A DNA stretch of 64,000 nt from Felis catus (Eukaryota). The stretch spans positions 116,252,001-116,316,000 of the forward strand of contig NC_058368.1 in the NCBI RefSeq assembly GCF_018350175.1, in the 5' to 3' direction. Within the stretch, counting starts at the first letter, position 1; every line of letters starts with the position of its first letter. Both the position numbers and the translations under genes were made by a program. Below are positions 61,365 to 64,000 of this stretch, one piece after another. Below the pieces are notes generated by a model. The model saw nothing but the letters and a program-made list of their open reading frames with translations, had not been told where the DNA came from and made no database searches.

Positions 61365-62979
61365 AAATATATATGGTTTAAAGAGGAATTTTGCTGTTTA
61401 TTTATCACTTGAAAAATCAGTGTATTTTTTCGTTTAGTAGTAAATATCATCTTAAGAAACAATATATCAAAACCAATGTTACCCACAATTCATATTAAAC
61501 TTACTGATATTTTACACTGAATACTTTGAGTGTGATTTGATATATTCACCTAATGTATTACTTGATATAGTGATGATTTCTCAATTATTTTTCACTTTTG
61601 AAACACCAGACGATGCTGTATATACAGTAATATTAAGTTCATAATTAACACAGTCTCAATAATAGCAGTCACCAAAATCCAGGAGATTGGTATTCCTAAA
61701 CCCTAAACTGACTACTCAATTGTTGTCAAACTCCTGACAACAAGTGTCTCAGGTAAAGATCCAGGTGAAACAAAGATTATTGCTTACTCATATTTTCCTG
61801 GCTATATACAGGGTTGATTGTTAGGCAGTGAGTAGAGATTGTATGTTTCTCTCTCAAATATATTGGGGAAAATGCATAGATTTCCTTTCTCTCTGTTCTT
61901 GAGTTTCATTACATTTCTTCAAAGAATTTAATGAGTTCAGGGAGTTGCATCAGAAATTATTTTTGTATTAATGGTAGGAATGACAAGCAGTTCCTTTGTA
62001 ATGTTGTACCAGTCAATACCTGTTTTTGCCTAAGGATGTATCCATACCAATTCTGGATAATCCAGCTTTGAAGTGGGTTGGGCAGAGCTGGGTTTCTTTC
62101 GTTGGTGCTATTAGTTTGTGTTGTGACCTAGTCACACATACCTTGAAAATTTAAACAGCACCAAGGAAACAGGTTAATTAATTAAGTTCCACAAATTCTA
62201 ACTAAAGACAGGACACATGGCATTTATATCAAAATAGTTTTGTAGAAAAGCTACAAGAGTTCTTTCCATTTCCTACAACTTATTATCTAGAAAGATCATT
62301 CACCTAATATATTCTGCTTATAGAAAACACTCCCCCCCCCCTTTTGCATGTGAAATGCCAAAATTAGCAACTACCAAGCCAATGAAATGTTCACAATCTT
62401 CAAAATGTTCTTTAAATAAATGTTTGGCAGGATCCATTTTTTTAACATTGTTATATTCTTTATAGAATTATCAGATTCCAATTTCAAGGGAGCTGAAATA
62501 TTAAAAATTGCACAATCAAGATACACACAGCCCTTTGTTAGAGCTGTAAGAGAGGAGACGTGCCAGATCTTTTGCTTTGAGCCAACCTAAGTCATATAGA
62601 CTTTCTCTGGGTCAAGGGGCATTTGCCATACAAACTTCACCAAATGCCTTTCTTCTGGTGATCTTTGATCATAGGATTACTTGAAGCTTGAGTATTTTAA
62701 AACCCTTCTTCACTGACAAAGGAGATAGACGGATAGAGATAACAGAAGTAGAGACAGATCCTTAGGGTGGGGTGGGGGTGGGGGGATACCTCTGCCACCC
62801 CCACCCAGCCCCCGCCTTAGTTAGCTTGTTTTGCATCACCAAGAACTGACAAGAATTAGTTTAGTTGGCGGGACCCAGGGGCAGGTGGAAGACTCCTCAA
62901 GGAAGAGTAACTAAAATGGGGCTTTAAGTTTAGCACTTTGCTAGGCGCTTTCTGTTAGTTAGCTAGCTAATGTATTCAT

Positions 62980-64000
62980 AACAACAATGCGACGAGGGAC
63001 GCACTCATATTAGTCCCATTTCACAGATGAACGAACGAACTGAAAGGCACACAGATTAAACACCAAACGCTCGTAGGTCACACAGCAAATACGTGGCGGC
63101 ACCAGTACTGGAAACTGCTCCAGAGCGTACTCTCTTAACCACCGCTTTCAGCCCTGTGGTCTGATTCCCCCGAGGTGTTAGCGGCCTTCCCACCGTCCTT
63201 CGTGGGACAGTTCCCAGTACTGAGGCATGGCGCTGTCCAGCCCTCAGGCCCGCCGCCTTCCTCCAGCAAGAGAACGCGGCCCCGCGGGGCCATCCCGCCG
63301 GTAGGTTGCAGAACCGCCGCGCCCGGCCACGTCCCGGCACGCGGGCGGGCCGAGTCGCCCCGGGGCGGCCATCCCAAGCAGCCCCCGCCCCGGGGCCCTC
63401 AGCTCCAGGCGCTGGGCTCCTCCACTCGGAAAGGCTGGAGGCGCCAAGCAGGAACCGCCCTGCCCCCTCGCCTGTCCCAGCCCCCTACCCCCTCCCAAAG
63501 AGCAGGCGGCAGATAGGTTGCACAATCTCACCTGTCCCAGAGGTGGCGACCGCTCTAGTGACTGACGCTCCGCTCCTCCAACCAGAGCCTGCGAGGAAGG
63601 TGGGGCCTAGACGAGACTGACTGCTTCATTCCTCCAATCCCCGTGCAGCAACTCTCCGGCCGCAGTCTCGGCGTCTGGCGGAGAGCGACAGGTGGGAGCT
63701 TGGTAGCCTCTGTGCCTCTTGCATCCTTAACGTATAAGCCTCACCAAGCTCAGGGTGAATTCTACTCCAAATCTCACTAATTCTGGCGGGTCGTCACCTC
63801 AGCCGTCATTTTAATCAGAAGTGGAAATTCCCCAACCCTTTCCCGTCACCTCAGACGGGGGCGGGATGAATGGTACTATTGCCTGCCAATTGTACCACGC
63901 GACGTCCTGTGACAAAGTGATCGACACTTTATGGCGCCAATGAAGCCTCCCCTTGTCAGGGGTCACTATGACTGACCACAAGGCCAACTAATCCACTTTA
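62980..64000. promoter_or_regulatory. CpG-island promoter, probably upstream of ANKHD1 (inferred from synteny; no ANKHD1 exon visible)
   Basis: CpG-rich 63050-63700; NF-kB site GGAAATTCCCC 63823-63833; GC box GGGGCGGG ~63858; CCAAT at ~63886 and ~63937; CGTCA half-CRE motifs. Mammalian gene order is HBEGF-SLC4A9-ANKHD1. Confidence 0.7.

Larger units (their letters stand above)
39870..62060 (-). pseudogene. Decayed sacsin-like (SACS-paralogue) pseudogene fragments dispersed between transposons
   Basis: Minus-strand conceptual translations across stops and frameshifts give sacsin-like motifs in collinear order at ~62050-61445, 57625-57385, 51030-49680, 44530-44380, 43430-43380 and 40310-39875. 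Example: DLVKALNCPSASAL vs sacsin NLEKALGIFTKPSLSAV. By-eye comparison with remembered human sacsin; not computed. Confidence 0.6.

Noticed and set aside
63056..63620. Short overlapping ORFs in the right-hand CpG island as ANKHD1 exon 1
   Set aside because: None resembles the ANKHD1 N-terminus; the coding exon presumably lies beyond 64000.

Overview
Mammalian genomic DNA, almost certainly felid given the abundant CanSINEs of SINEC_Fc type. It is syntenic with human 5q31. HBEGF lies on the minus strand with five coding exons (10819 down to 739, 208 aa); its last UTR exon is off the left edge. SLC4A9/AE4 lies head-to-head on the plus strand with 21 coding exons (24622-36613, 954 aa, all phases consistent) plus a probable non-coding exon 22. 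A CpG-island promoter at the right edge is probably that of ANKHD1, inferred from synteny only. The most striking observation is in the apparently empty, repeat-dense interval at about 39.8-62.7 kb. The unique segments between transposons, read on the minus strand across stops and frameshifts, give peptides resembling sacsin (SACS) repeat region 1 and the start of repeat region 2, in the correct order. This suggests a heavily decayed, possibly intron-containing sacsin-paralogue pseudogene facing away from the right-hand CpG island. That alignment was made by eye against a remembered human sacsin sequence and needs a tblastn/HMM test.
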